Assembly (NCBI GenBank): GCA_951406725.2
Contig: OX597823.1
Coordinates: forward strand, 49,352,001-49,416,000
Source of the DNA: Octopus vulgaris
Lineage: Eukaryota
Direction: 5' to 3'
DNA: 64,000 nt
Within the stretch, counting starts at the first letter, position 1, and every line of letters starts with the position of its first letter. The notes below the pieces were generated by a model. The model saw only the letters and a program-made list of their open reading frames with translations, did not search any database and was not told the origin of the DNA. Position numbers and translations under genes: made by a program. Below are positions 25,783 to 37,661 of this stretch, piece by piece.

Positions 25783-26155
25783 GTCCCACTGTGTGGCACC
25801 TTGGGCAACTGCCTTCTACTATAGCCTTGGGCTGACCAAAGCCTTGTGAGTGGATTTGGTAGACAGAAACTGAAAGAAGCCCATCATTTATATGTACATG
25901 TATATATGTGTGTGTGTGTGTGCTTGTGTGTTTGTATGTGTGTGTGCGTGTCTGTGTTTGTCCCCCCAACATCGCTTGACAACTGATGCTGGTGTGTTTA
26001 CGTACCCATCACTTAGCGGTTCGGCAAAAAGAGACCAATAGAATAAGTACTAAGCTTACAAAGTATAAGTCCTGGAGTCGATTTGCTCGACTAAAGGCGG
26101 TGCTCCAGCATGGCCACAGTCAAATGACTGAAACAAGTAGAAGAGTAAAAGAGTA
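25783..26155 (+). mobile_element. SINE family A, 5'-truncated
   Basis: Matches 31357-31728 from the B box onward; GAGTAAAA tail. Confidence 0.88.
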
Positions 26156-26263
26156 TATATATATTATTTAAAACAGTTTGCTTTGGTTCTGTGCGACTTC
26201 AGATTTTTCAGGCCCCTGATGGGAGCCTGACTCTTTCAGGATTCCTATTTTAGGAAGTTAAAA

Positions 26264-26412
26264 GTTATGACTGGTCATAGAGTGACCATTGGTTTTGCAC
26301 CTATAAAACACTTTGCAGATGTACCTTCAGTCATTTGAGTCTGAGGAGTCACCTATACTGCTAAACATTTTATAGATGTGAGACCAATGGTCACTCTATG
26401 ACTGACCATAAC
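26264..26412. repeat. Inverted-repeat element, ~55-bp arms
   Basis: gtcatagagtgaccattggt...ctataaaa pairs with ttttataga...accaatggtcactctatgac. Confidence 0.8.
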
Positions 26413-26838
26413 CTAAAAATGTATTACAGCTGTAATGCTTTACAGTGTGCTTCTTTTTCAGATATATAAACTACTGATGATATATATATATTTATATATA
26501 TATATATATATAGATAGATATATATATAGATATATATAAATGGGGAAGGTTGATTTGTGGGATTGCCTTAGGTTTCCCATCCATAAAGGATTTAGCTTTA
26601 TTGTATATCATCAGATCCCAAAAACCTGTTGGCCAATGACCTCTTAAAAATATGGAGGGGAAAATGCCTCACTACTTTAAGGTAACAACTGGAGATTATC
26701 TCCCTTTGCTATTGGTTATCAACTTCCAGCTGTGCCGCCATATTATGGGATCCCAAAAGCTAGCAGTAACCTCCTGAAATGTAAATATGACCTAAATGTT
26801 CCCTCACATGTCTTTGTGTATTGTTTTCTGTAAATTTG

Positions 26839-26880
<42 letters not shown>

Positions 26881-27035
26881 TGACGTATATTTGCCATTTG
26901 AATATGGCTAACCCCTAAGGGTGGATGCTACTGTAGTTTGTAGCCCCAGGAGGACACCTCCTCCAGCTGGCTATAGACACACTTTCTGTGCCCTATCAGT
27001 AGGGAAGCCATCCTTCCCGTCTTCAACTTATGATA

Positions 27036-27080
27036 CACACGGACTTGAGTTTCAGGGTATTGACCCGTCATCGGCGTGTG
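27036..27080 (-). ncRNA. Type I hammerhead motif, CCGAUGA core variant (left arm)
   Basis: Exact reverse complement of 27208-27252. Confidence 0.75.
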
Positions 27081-27207
27081 ACAATCATAGTTTGAAAAAG
27101 TGAAATCATTGTTTGATTTCACTTTTTCAATATCAGTGTCAATCGATACTGGAAAAAGTATATGTATTTGTGAAGGGAACCTACTTCTCATCGACAACTA
27201 TGATTGT

Positions 27208-27252
27208 CACACGCCGATGACGGGTCAATACCCTGAAACTCAAGTCCGTGTG
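27208..27252 (+). ncRNA. Type I hammerhead motif, CCGAUGA core variant (right arm)
   Basis: CACACG-CCGATGA-CGGGT-CAAT-ACCCT-GAAA-CTCAAG-TC-CGTGTG; stem I extends via aactatgat/atcataagtt; predicted cleavage after 27246. Confidence 0.75.
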
Positions 27253-27459
27253 TATCATAAGTTGAAGACGGGAAGGATGGCTTCCCTTTGCAAATACTGA
27301 TAGGGCACAGAAAGTGTGTCTATAGCCAGCTGGAAGAGGTGTCCTCCTGGGGCTACAAACTACAGTAGCATCCACCCTTAGGGGTTAGCCATATTCAAAT
27401 GGCAAATATACGTCACGATGTGTTGCTGCTACTGTTTATAACTCGCTCTGAGATTTATC

Positions 27460-27494
<35 letters not shown>

Positions 27495-27496
<2 letters not shown>

Positions 27497-27780
27497 GTGC
27501 AGGAGTGGCTGTGTGGTAAGTAGTTTGCTTACCAGCCACAAGGTTCCGGGTTCAGTCCCACTAAGTGGGACCTTGGACAAGTGTCTTCTACTATAGCCTT
27601 GGCCTGACCAAAACCTTGTGAGTGGATTTGGTAGACGGAAACTGAAAGAAGTCCAGCGTATATATATATATATGTATATATATGTGTGTGTGTTTGTGTG
27701 TCTGTGTTTGTCCCCTCACCAACATCGCTTGACAACCGATGCTGGTGTGTTTACATCCCCGTAACTTATCGGTTCGGCAT
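27495..27780 (+). mobile_element. SINE family A, 3'-truncated
   Basis: Intact tRNA-like head and body matching 31357. Confidence 0.88.
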
Positions 27781-28209
27781 CTTATCAAATATTAAACATT
27801 TGAAGTCGAAGATTAGGAAATAAGAAAAAATTGGAAATTAAAACAGTTTGTTCTCATATTCTGCATGTAGATAAGAACATGTTTTATATACATATAGTTG
27901 TCTAAGAAGCCATAAGTCAGGAAAATATATCTTCTTATATTTGTCAATAGAGTGAGTATATTGATCAACGTACACAGCATTATAGATCCATTTCAGCCAA
28001 ATGTACCAATCAATTTTGCACAAGGTATGAGATAATTAAATATTAGATAGGTTGGTTACATAACACCAGACTTTTTCTATATCTGCAACATGTGAAGAGT
28101 ATGTAGTGTTTGCTAAGTAACCTGTAATATAATATCTGGTTATCTGATACCAAGTGCAAAACTGATATAAGATCGACTGAAATGCATTTGTAATACTGTA
28201 TACTTTCAT

Positions 28210-28293
28210 TATACTAAAATTGGAATGATACAGAGATGATTAGTATGGCCCCCGCACATGCCTGACACACAAATTCATGAAGTGTTCCATATT
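28210..28293 (+). pseudogene. U6: U6 snRNA pseudogene lacking the 5' stem-loop
   Basis: tatactaaaattggaatgatacagagatgattagtatggcccc...tgacacacaaattcatgaagtgttccatatt aligns to U6 including ACAGAGA; many substitutions, including AGC to AGT. Confidence 0.92.
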
Positions 28294-28569
28294 CGTTTTC
28301 TTTTTAGGCACAAGCATGGCTGGGCCTTATGTATGGGTGGTTTTAGTTGATAAAAACTGAAAGAAGACTGTCATACATATTCTTAGATATCTATGTAGTC
28401 TGTGTGTCATTGTGTTTGTGTTTCGCCCTCACTTCAGCTTAACAACTGTTGTTGGTGTGTTTATGTACCTGTAACTTAGCAGTTTGGTAAAACATACTGA
28501 TAAAATCAGTACCAGACTTAAAAAAGAAAGAGAAAGTGCTGGGGTCAATTCATTTGATAATGATACTTA

Positions 28570-28780
28570 TTTCAAATTTGGCACAAGGCCAGCAATTTCA
28601 GGGGAGAGGATAAGTTGATAACATCGAGCCCAGTGTTGAACTGGTAGTTATTTTATCAACAGCAAAAGGATGAAAAACAAAGTTGCTCTCAGCAGAATTT
28701 GAACACAGAATATAAAGATAGGCAAAATACCACAAAGAATTTTACCCAGTGTGCTAACAATTCTGCCAGCTGCCACCCTA
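28570..28780 (-). mobile_element. SINE family B, diverged
   Basis: Family B block in reverse orientation. Confidence 0.8.
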
Positions 28781-29160
28781 CAGTTAGTTAGCTATGATAT
28801 TAAATGACAAAATGGTAATCTCAAAGAGCTATGATTTTTCAGGCAAAGAAAATGGCCAATTAATTTACACTTTGCAAATATAACTGCAGGAAGGGTATCA
28901 GGCTGCAGAAAATCTACCGAAACAAATTTCATCATACCTTTGCAAGCATGGAAAAGCAGATGTTAAAATGACAATGATGATGATGGTGGTGGTAGTGGTG
29001 GAGGTGGTGGTGATGGTGGCAGCAGCAGTGTTGGTGGTGTTTGTGGTTGTGGTGGTGGTGATGGTGGTGATTACAAATCAATGATGGAGCTTCTGTTCAA
29101 TCCCTTGTCCCAATAGAACTATCAGGTAAGTCACCCTCAAATCATTCATACACAATTGTT

Positions 29161-29338
29161 TTAACACCTTAGCATTCAGACCGGCTTTATCAAGTACAAT
29201 TATTCTACCTGTTTTAAGTTCAATCTAACTAGACCCAACCTCTCACACCTAACCTACAATAACATTCTAAAAATAAACAATCAGATCATTGAACTCTCAA
29301 AGAAACAAGACAGAGTAATCTAAAAGCTAAAAGGTTAA
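29161..29338. mobile_element. piggyBac-like MITE
   Basis: TTAA at both ends; TIRs caccttagcattcaga / tctaaaagctaaaagg; a second copy at ~38770-38974 ends tctgaatgctaaaggg|ttaa. Confidence 0.65.
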
Positions 29339-30818
29339 ATAAAGAGCACATAAGCTGATGTAGGCCTCGATACACAAAGACAGAGAATGGTCTTGAAACA
29401 CAAATGATCATAGTTTTGTTCACTCAAGATTATTCTGGGACTAAACAACAATAACAACTTAAAATGTAATTAAAGTCAAATTTTACCTGTCAGTTTTTTA
29501 TATTCAAATCACAAATGGTTTAGAAATCTTTGACTAACAAATGATATAAAAAAAGATCCATTCTTTTTATTACATATTCATATAAGTTGAAGGTATAACT
29601 AGATTTTTTGTTCACTTTTATTTCTAGTTTTTATGTCTTCATGTTGAAGAATTTTGTGGTAGTTGCTGCTACTGCTGTTGTAGTTGCTGTCTTTTCTACT
29701 GCTATAGCCATTCAACCATGAAGTACAAGAGAGCCTGTTATCCATCAAGCAAGTTGAGAAACAAAGTTTTTTTCGTTTTCTGTTTGTTTATGCCTTGTCA
29801 TCTCATGCAGTGAAGTTTGAATTCATTAAGATATGAGTTGAAATCCTGAACCTTAAGCTATTATATATGTCAGATTTTAAACATAAATAACATCCAAATG
29901 ATAGTTTTTTGATGGTATCTTTTTGAATAGGTTGAGTCTCAAAATGTCTTTAAAATAGGTTGAGTATACAAAACATTGAAAAAATTCCAAGCAAAGTAAA
30001 TATTAAATGTTATTAGTAAAAGTAGATATGAAAGAAAGAATAGCTACAAACATCAAAGAATTTTTTTTTTAAGAAAGAAAACAGATTTCTTCAATCATTT
30101 AGCTGACAATATGATATGAAATTAACAGGGACTGTTTGAATGGTGGATAGGTTATTGAACTATTATATTAGAAATAAATATTCTTTATTCAATGTGTGCC
30201 AAAAGCTATGTGAAGAAATATAGCTCCTTGTTTTATTCACAGAAAGTCATATCACAGAGTAGAAAGACAGACAAAATGAATACTATTATTTAAGTAAAAT
30301 TCTCTCACCTCTTTAGCATTATCAAATTTAATGTCCTACATCTTTACCACACCCCATTTAATGAATATGGTATTTATTTTGATAAATTCTAAAGGGTTAA
30401 AGATTATCTCACATCCTCATACACGGTTTTAACTGCAAAGTGGTCTAAACATTCAGTTACCAAAAATTTATTTCAATATAAACTGAGCATTCGAAGATTT
30501 AGTTTTAGCTACTATGATATATATATTAATCCACACATGGTACTTACATGTTATGGAAAAATCACTCAAAACTTTGATGAGCTGAGCATCAGTGCAAACT
30601 GGATCCTGGTCAGTCAAATATTATTTTACTTCTATTACAAACCTCTTTTGGCCACAGCACACACTCAAAAATGTTTTTGCTAAAGCCTTTTTCAATACAA
30701 AAGATTTCAATACATGTCATCCTTTGTTTCTTTCTCTTCATTTTATTTGTGTTATCTATCTCAAACTTACTTTGTGAATATAAACACAGGTATATTTTCA
30801 GTAAAACAATTTATTATG

Positions 30819-31229
30819 TAGAATAGTTGTATACTGTCAATCTAACACGAACGTGTATAGCCCTAGGAAGCATCGAACGCCTCCTGATGGCTTTGACACA
30901 TTTTTCCCTGTGTCCTTATATACATTTACGAAGGGGAGACAAACACCCCCAGCCACCGAAGCTGCATCTAGGGACACGTGTTTCAGGATCATTGTCCTTC
31001 ATCGGCCTAGAGTAGCAGACACCGGTCAGCTGGTGATATTTGTCTCGACTTCGCAATTGTATATATCTATAATTCAGTGAAGTCTATTCACTGATTATCA
31101 AAATAAGAAATACTGAATTTCTAAATCTCTCGTAGAGACATGTATGGTGGTGGGGTGATAGAATAGTTGTATACTGTCAATCTAACACGAACGTGACGGT
31201 AGGGGGGTACACCACCGGTGTATAGCCCT
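30819..31229 (-). mobile_element. Hammerhead-bearing non-coding element in partial head-to-tail arrangement (period 340 nt)
   Basis: Identical 37-bp repeat at 30819-30855 and 31159-31195, plus a shared gtgtatagccct; central hammerhead; colinear with 27092-27460. Confidence 0.85.
30967..31011 (-). ncRNA. Type I hammerhead motif, CCGAUGA core variant
   Basis: TCTAGG-CCGATGA-AGGA-CAATGA-TCCT-GAAA-CACGTG-TC-CCTAGA: perfect stems I and II, palindromic stem III ACACGTGT, GUC site. Confidence 0.82.
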
Positions 31230-31356
31230 GTGAAAAACCATTAGTTATGTGAAAATATTTTTATTTTAATATATACATAATTACTTAGAAAAAGCTACTC
31301 CTTATATTAAGAAGTTAAACTTATTTTAATTAAACAAAAAATATATACATATATAA

Positions 31357-31728
31357 GGCGCAGGAGTGGCTGTGTGGTAAGTAGCTTGCTAACCAACCAC
31401 ACGGTTGCGGGTTCAGTCCCACTGCGTGGCATCTTGGGCAAGTGTCTTCTGCTATAGCCCCGGGCCGACCAATGCCTTGTGAGTGGATTTGGTAGACGGA
31501 AACTGAAAGAAGCCTGTCGTATATATGTATATATATATATGTTTGCATGTGTGTGTTTGTGTGTCTGTGTTTGTCCCCCTAGCATTGCTTGACAACCGAT
31601 GCTGGTGTGTTTACGTCCCCGTCACTTAGCGGTTCGGCAAAAAGAGACCGATAGAATAAGTACTAAAAGGTGGTGCTCCAGCATGGCCGCAGTCAAATGA
31701 CTGAAACAAGTAAAAGAGTAAAAGAGTA
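31357..31728 (+). mobile_element. SINE family A, young near-full-length copy
   Basis: tRNA-like A/B boxes, CpG retained, internal microsatellite, (GTAAAAGA)n tail. Confidence 0.92.
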
Positions 31729-31779
31729 TATAAAAATTTAACACATTTTCAACCTTTTCTCAGTATATATGTAAGTGTT

Positions 31780-31926
<147 letters not shown>

Positions 31927-32047
31927 CTTCTAAAGTCCATCTTTCTTCCTTTTATATACATATCCATCCCCATAACTCAGTAGCCAACTTACTGCTAAAA
32001 CCATTTATATTGAAATATTTCCATCAATTCTTACATATGTTAAAATG

Positions 32048-32123
32048 TTTTACCTGAGGATGGTTTACATAATGAGTGCATTTCCTATTATATATTATGC
32101 AAACCTGAAACATACATATTAAA
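32048..32123 (+). ncRNA. Degenerate hammerhead motif
   Basis: CTGAGGA-TGGTTTACATAAT...ATTATGCAAACCT-GAAA-CATACATA: core and long stem II are recognisable; stems I and III are decayed. Confidence 0.45.
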
Positions 32124-35100
32124 TGATTTCAAAATAGGTTTGACTTCATTATTATCACACACATACACACACATACACACATAAAACGTGTTTCTTCTAA
32201 TTGAAATTTTGATGTTCTTCGCCAGCTTGATCAAAATGATAAATTGAGAAATACTGTTTCAGAAAATTTAACTTTACTGAATAATTTGAGAGGACTTTAT
32301 GATACACAATGCATTGTGAGAAATCTTTTTCACTCTTTCTTGTACCAGTGAAACCACATTCGATATATGATCCACTGCATAGCCATTTTCCACTTCCTCA
32401 GGTCACTAAAATTACCTAGATGAAAAATAAATATTTAAGTAATTAGCTGAATATCTCCAAAATGATCTAGATGTTAAAATAGCATTTAGATTTAATAAAC
32501 TTATAAAAAAGCACTTGCTTTCAATCAATTCAACACAGTTATCAATCAGATTATATATTTTACGTATTGATCAGACCATCAGATGCCGTTATACACCACT
32601 GGTCATGATGTACTCTCACTTCTGTCTTGATTACATTATCATTTTCCATCATGACCCAAATTGCTTAACTGAAGAGGTAATAAGAGACTTGCCCACCTAG
32701 CCAGCAAAGTGGCTTCGTCTTGAAAGAGAAAACAATGCAAGGAAATGAGCCTCAATATCCTGCAGGGCAGTTGGACTGCTCCATGGTGGCTGAATGAAAT
32801 CCAAGCAATCAGAGGCTGCTAAGAATCTGAGGTACCCATAGGCCACCAAAGAATCAGTTAACAGCCCTTGCCATACATACCTACAACTGCAGGTCTTTGG
32901 TAGGGAAAAACCAGAATGAATTTGCAAGTACTTATCAAAGATAAAAGAAAGAAGTTTTCTGGCGGTACAAAGTTTGTTAACTTCTGACATGGAAACAGTT
33001 TGGTGGAAGTAGCAATAAGCAAGGCAAATAAGAATAATCAAATTACATGTCTAGTGTTGGCTCTTGGAAGCTGAATACCTGGCTTACAAAACACAAGAGT
33101 GACATTTAGTTGGTTGTGGTTACTTCAAATTTGCAGTGATTTTTCTAAACTTCCCATAACCAAATTTGAGAGCCCCTACTCTAGACAACAAACAAACTCT
33201 CTGCCTTTTCCAGAAGCTGTAAATGAAAACAAGTAGTTTATTCCATGAAATCCTGTAGTGTAGTGCATCAGATTTGAAATACTTGAATGCTCCACTGTAA
33301 AAGAAATTCACAAAACTAATTTGCAAGTGCATCTGTTGCCAGATTGTGCACTAAATGCTTCTGAGATAGCGCAAGGAGGGAGTGCCAACAATGCAGTCAT
33401 TCATGAGAAATGATTTAATTAACTTCTTTATCTTCAAATTGTTGGATTTATTGGAAAGCAGCATAAGCCAAGCTTTAATATTGCATTCTATTTGAACAGT
33501 GAAGTCAGTAGGTACAAAACTTTGTCAGTGCACACTTAATTTTCTCATGGATTGATTTATAGCATATTGATAATGAGGTGAATTTGTGAGGATACATACA
33601 CAGATATATAGATGAAGGACTACTTGAAGACATATAGGGAATAAAGACAAGCATATAGAAATAGTCATCCCCTAAAAACTATTTATCAGATGACTAAATA
33701 AAGCAACAGAATTTAAATTTTTTTTTTTTTTTACATTTCTTACATTTTCACATCAAATTTTGATGCATCATCATCACTATTATTCTAATTGTCACAATTT
33801 TTCTTATTAATATGATAATTAGAACTGAGCAATTAGTAATGGGTAATGGTAGAAATAGTAGACTAGTAGACTAAATGTCTAACAGTATAAATTTGTCTTC
33901 TTTGTTTATAGTTCAAATGTGGTTATATATACTTGTTAAATGTTGCACTTTGCTGGAATTGATATGAGATTTGAAACTTCCGAGAACTTGCACTTGAGAG
34001 CTATGCTGCAGGCAAGTTTGATGAAGCAATTTGCATTCCATTTGCAATATGATTCAGAAACATTGTTCCATTGGGACCCAGTAAGTTCAAATCCCTATTA
34101 GGGTTCATTTTTCCCTTTAAGTCTTTCATTGGTTAGTAGAAAAAAAAAAACCTGTTTATGTACTGGAATTGATTCATGTGACTATATCCCTCCCCTATAA
34201 AGTTATAGTCTCATGACGAATCAATAACATTATCAGTATAACTTTCATCATCATCATCATCCATCATCATCATTATCAGCATCATCACCACAACCACTAT
34301 CACCACCACCAACATCATTAACATCATCATCATCATCATCGTTGTTATCCTCAATTATACTATCATTGATTGAGCACTCAACATAAATGCTATTCAAACT
34401 TGTGTTGACTTACTGGATACATTACTAAGTTTTTTTTTATATATTGAGTTTCATTGATGAGTATGATAATCAGCGTCAGCCACCACCACCACCACCACCA
34501 CCACTGGTTTAGGTTTAGCCTTATCTGCATATAATTTAATTTTTTTATTCTTTTGCTGGTTTCAATCATTGGATGGAAGCCATGGTGTAGCACCACCTGC
34601 ATCTTGATCATATTAACACCAGAGTTTATTTCAGTCAGGTATATACTTTATCGACATTACTGTTTGTTAATCTGTTAAGTTACAGGACATAAAGAAACAC
34701 AATATAAACAACAACATTTTCTAATACAGTGTGAGCACAAATGCACTCATACACACATTCACACATATTCACACACATTCACACATACACACATATATAT
34801 ATATACATACAAATATAAATGTGTGTGTCATAGCAGTGTAGTAAGAAATTTACTTCCCAACTTCTGGGTTCGGTCTCATTACATGGCACCTTTGGCAAGG
34901 GTCTTTTATTATAACCTTGGGCCAAACAAAGCCTTGTGAATGGATTTCATAGACAGAAACTGAAAGAAGCCCATCAAACATATATACATATATACATACA
35001 TGCATACATGCATACATCCATCCATCCATCCATCCATACATACATACATACATACATACATACATACATACATACATACATACATACATACAGAGTCCAC

Positions 35101-35270
35101 AGATGAAATCCAAAGGTTCTCTATATAGACATCACTTAGTAGTGCTCAAAAGATTCAAACTTAGACACCAATGTGTTTATAGGGGATTGATTCCACAAAG
35201 AAAAGAAAAACTATAAGAGGGATCAAGTTGAGGGATCAATTATGCAGAGAATTGCCTCTACATATATATA

Positions 35271-36319
35271 CAGGGTGCAGTGAATATATTGCTGTCTAAA
35301 TTATGCAAAAATGAAAATAACACTGACATCTCATTTTAACAGGTATATTTAACAAAATTATATATAAATATACTGAATTACTAAAGAGTAAATATATTCA
35401 ATAAAATTGCCATTGGCTTCAACCATGGCCTCCGGATGACTTTGGAATTTCCTGCAACTCTTTTGGCTGGTGTCTTTGCTTAAGTTGGTGAATGCTGCCA
35501 TAATCCTTGCCTTCATTTCATCCTTGATGTTACAAGGAGTTTTGTTGGTCTCAAGTGCACTCCACACATAATAATCAAGGGGGTTACAGTCTAGAGAGTT
35601 AAGTGGCCAGATTTTAGGGATGATGTGGTTGCAGAAATTGTCTGACAGCCATGACGAAATGAGGAGTAGATAGACAGTCAACAACTGATGAAGGGTCGTT
35701 CTTTATGTTACTTGTCCAGTTTTCCATTTGTTTCTCTCGTTGTTTGTGTATTGAACTTATTTGTTTTAGTATTTCATGTTGTTTACTGTTGGTGACATCC
35801 TGTACCCATATATTGATATGTATATATATATATGACTGGATTCTCCTGCTTGTATAGCATGGTGCAGAGTCCTGTTGCTAGACATAGGGTCTTCCAGCAG
35901 CCACCTTCTTGACCTAGGGCAGCACTAACTCCTCCAGGCACTTGATGTAGGCCTCCATGTTGAGTCTGAAGCCAGATGGGAAGATGGATGGAGGCATAAC
36001 GTCACCATCACTAGTGATCACTCCAAACACCATGATGTTGACTGGACGTTTGATTTTTATCTCTCCCGGTACATGTTTTAGGGACACAGCAAGCCAACAG
36101 TAGTTCTGTGTGTTCACCATCTGTTTGTATTGGAGCTTCTGTCGTGAATGCCAAGCAGCACAGCATGTCATTTCCAAATTTCTGATTGACTGAACTGCAT
36201 CATGGTGGTGTTTTTCTTACAGATAATGCCCAACTGACCCTACTATACTGTGTAGTCAACAAAATCAAAACAAACAATGCACATGCATGAAATTAAAAGT
36301 ATGAAATGGCGACAATTTC

Positions 36320-36322
<3 letters not shown>
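35271..36322 (-). mobile_element. Decayed, internally deleted maT (DD37D) transposon
   Basis: MVFGVITSDGDVMPP..QQDSAPCYTSRRIQS|WLSDNF..DCNPLDYYVW gives 37 residues between the aspartates once the insert is removed; terminal 'ta|cagggtgcagtgaa' has a partial inverted match at ~36310. Confidence 0.82.
35656..35831 (+). mobile_element. 176-bp insertion with (TA)n end and 5-bp target duplication
   Basis: ATGAC duplicated at 35651-35655 and 35832-35836; sequence related to the 11183-11411 element. Confidence 0.75.
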
Positions 36323-36353
<31 letters not shown>

Positions 36354-36354
36354 A

Positions 36355-36392
<38 letters not shown>

Positions 36393-36639
36393 TGTATATC
36401 AGCATGAATATACATAAATATATGAGTTACAGAAGTGTTGTCATTACACATGGCATTTTGGGGGTATTTTAAACCTGGTAGAGTCCATCTCTGTCAGGTC
36501 TGAACACAGCTGATATCTTTGAGAGAGTTAGAGTGGGGATGGAGAGAGAGAAAGTTGACCTGTGTACTCGACAAGTACTTTATTTATCAAGTTCATGAGG
36601 TTGAAGTGTAAAGGTGACCTCAGCAGTTTGACTAAAACT

Positions 36640-36995
36640 TGTAAGCTGTAGGGCTACACTTGATTCCAATCTGATTTGCCATGGTTTCTACATCTTGATG
36701 CTCTTCATAATGCCAACCACTCCAAGAGTGTAATGGGTTCTTTTTACATGCCAATAGCATGGGTGTTAGGTACGCAACACTGGCATCGGTGACAACTACA
36801 ATTTCTCTTGGCTTGATGGGTCTTCTCAAGTACATCATATAACCAAAGGTCCCGGTTACTTGTCATTGCCTTCGTGAGGCCCAACATTTAAAGATCATGA
36901 TTCACATTTTGTCCCATGACTTCCTGGGTCTACCCCTTCCACAAGTTCCCTCCACAATTAGAGATCAGCACTTCTTTACACAGCTGTCCTCATCT
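36640..36995 (-). mobile_element. RTE LINE 3' fragment
   Basis: Homologous to ~5815-6100 and 62950-63100. Confidence 0.7.
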
Positions 36996-37174
36996 GGCAA
37001 CAATGACAATGGAGGTAACAATTATGAAAGTGACAACTATAACAGGTTGATGGATACAGGTTTCAGATTTATCATTAAGCTATCGATTATATCATCATCA
37101 TCATCCATCAACCTATTTGTGTTGTTAACAAAAAAACACAAGAAAGTATGCAAACACTGCTGTATCAGAAATAT

Positions 37175-37580
37175 TGGTTTCAAATTTTGCCACAAGGCTA
37201 GTAGTTTTGAGGGAAGGGTTAAGTCAATTAAATCAATCCCAGTGTTCAATTAGTATTTATTTTGTTGACCCAAGAAGGATGAAAGATAAACTTTGACCTC
37301 AGCAGCATTTGAACACAGGATGTATAGATAGATGAAATATTGCTTAGAATTTTGCTCAGCATGCTAGCAATTTTGCCCCTTTGCTGCCTTCCTTGTATTA
37401 GAATTATTGATTTAAAAAATTTTGGCACAAGGCCAGCAATTTCGGGGGTGGGGGTAAATCGATTACATTGACCCCAGTATTCAACTGGTGCTTATTTCTT
37501 TAACCCTAAAAGGATGACATGCAAAATCAACCTAAGAGGAATTTGAACTCAGAACATGAAGACAGACGAAATGCTAAGCT
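37175..37580 (-). mobile_element. Two tandem family B SINE copies
   Basis: Repeated family B block. Confidence 0.8.
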
Positions 37581-37661
37581 TGTTAGCAGAATCATTAGCA
37601 CACTAGATCAGAAATTTTGCCAGAAAGAAATTATTAGTTAATACTTTTAAAAGTGGTAAAA

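Larger units (their letters stand above)
26877..27460. mobile_element. Near-perfect inverted dimer of a hammerhead-bearing non-coding element
   Basis: Arms 26877-27092 and 27196-27419 differ by one substitution and one 8-bp indel. The spacer holds a 17-bp perfect hairpin (27092-27130). Homology to the 30819 element continues past the right arm. Confidence 0.92.

Noticed and set aside
26921-27375. Paired ORFs MDATVVCSPRR... on both strands
   Set aside because: Mirror images produced by the palindrome, starting at GTG with no recognisable protein; the RNA structure explains the conservation better.
27951-29131. Candidate plus-strand exons (27951-28024; donor CAG|GTAAGT near 29126)
   Set aside because: Splice-like signals only; frame is ambiguous and no protein is recognised.
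32697-33041. 114-aa ORF in non-repetitive sequence
   Set aside because: Non-ATG start, no recognisable motif, no supporting exon chain.
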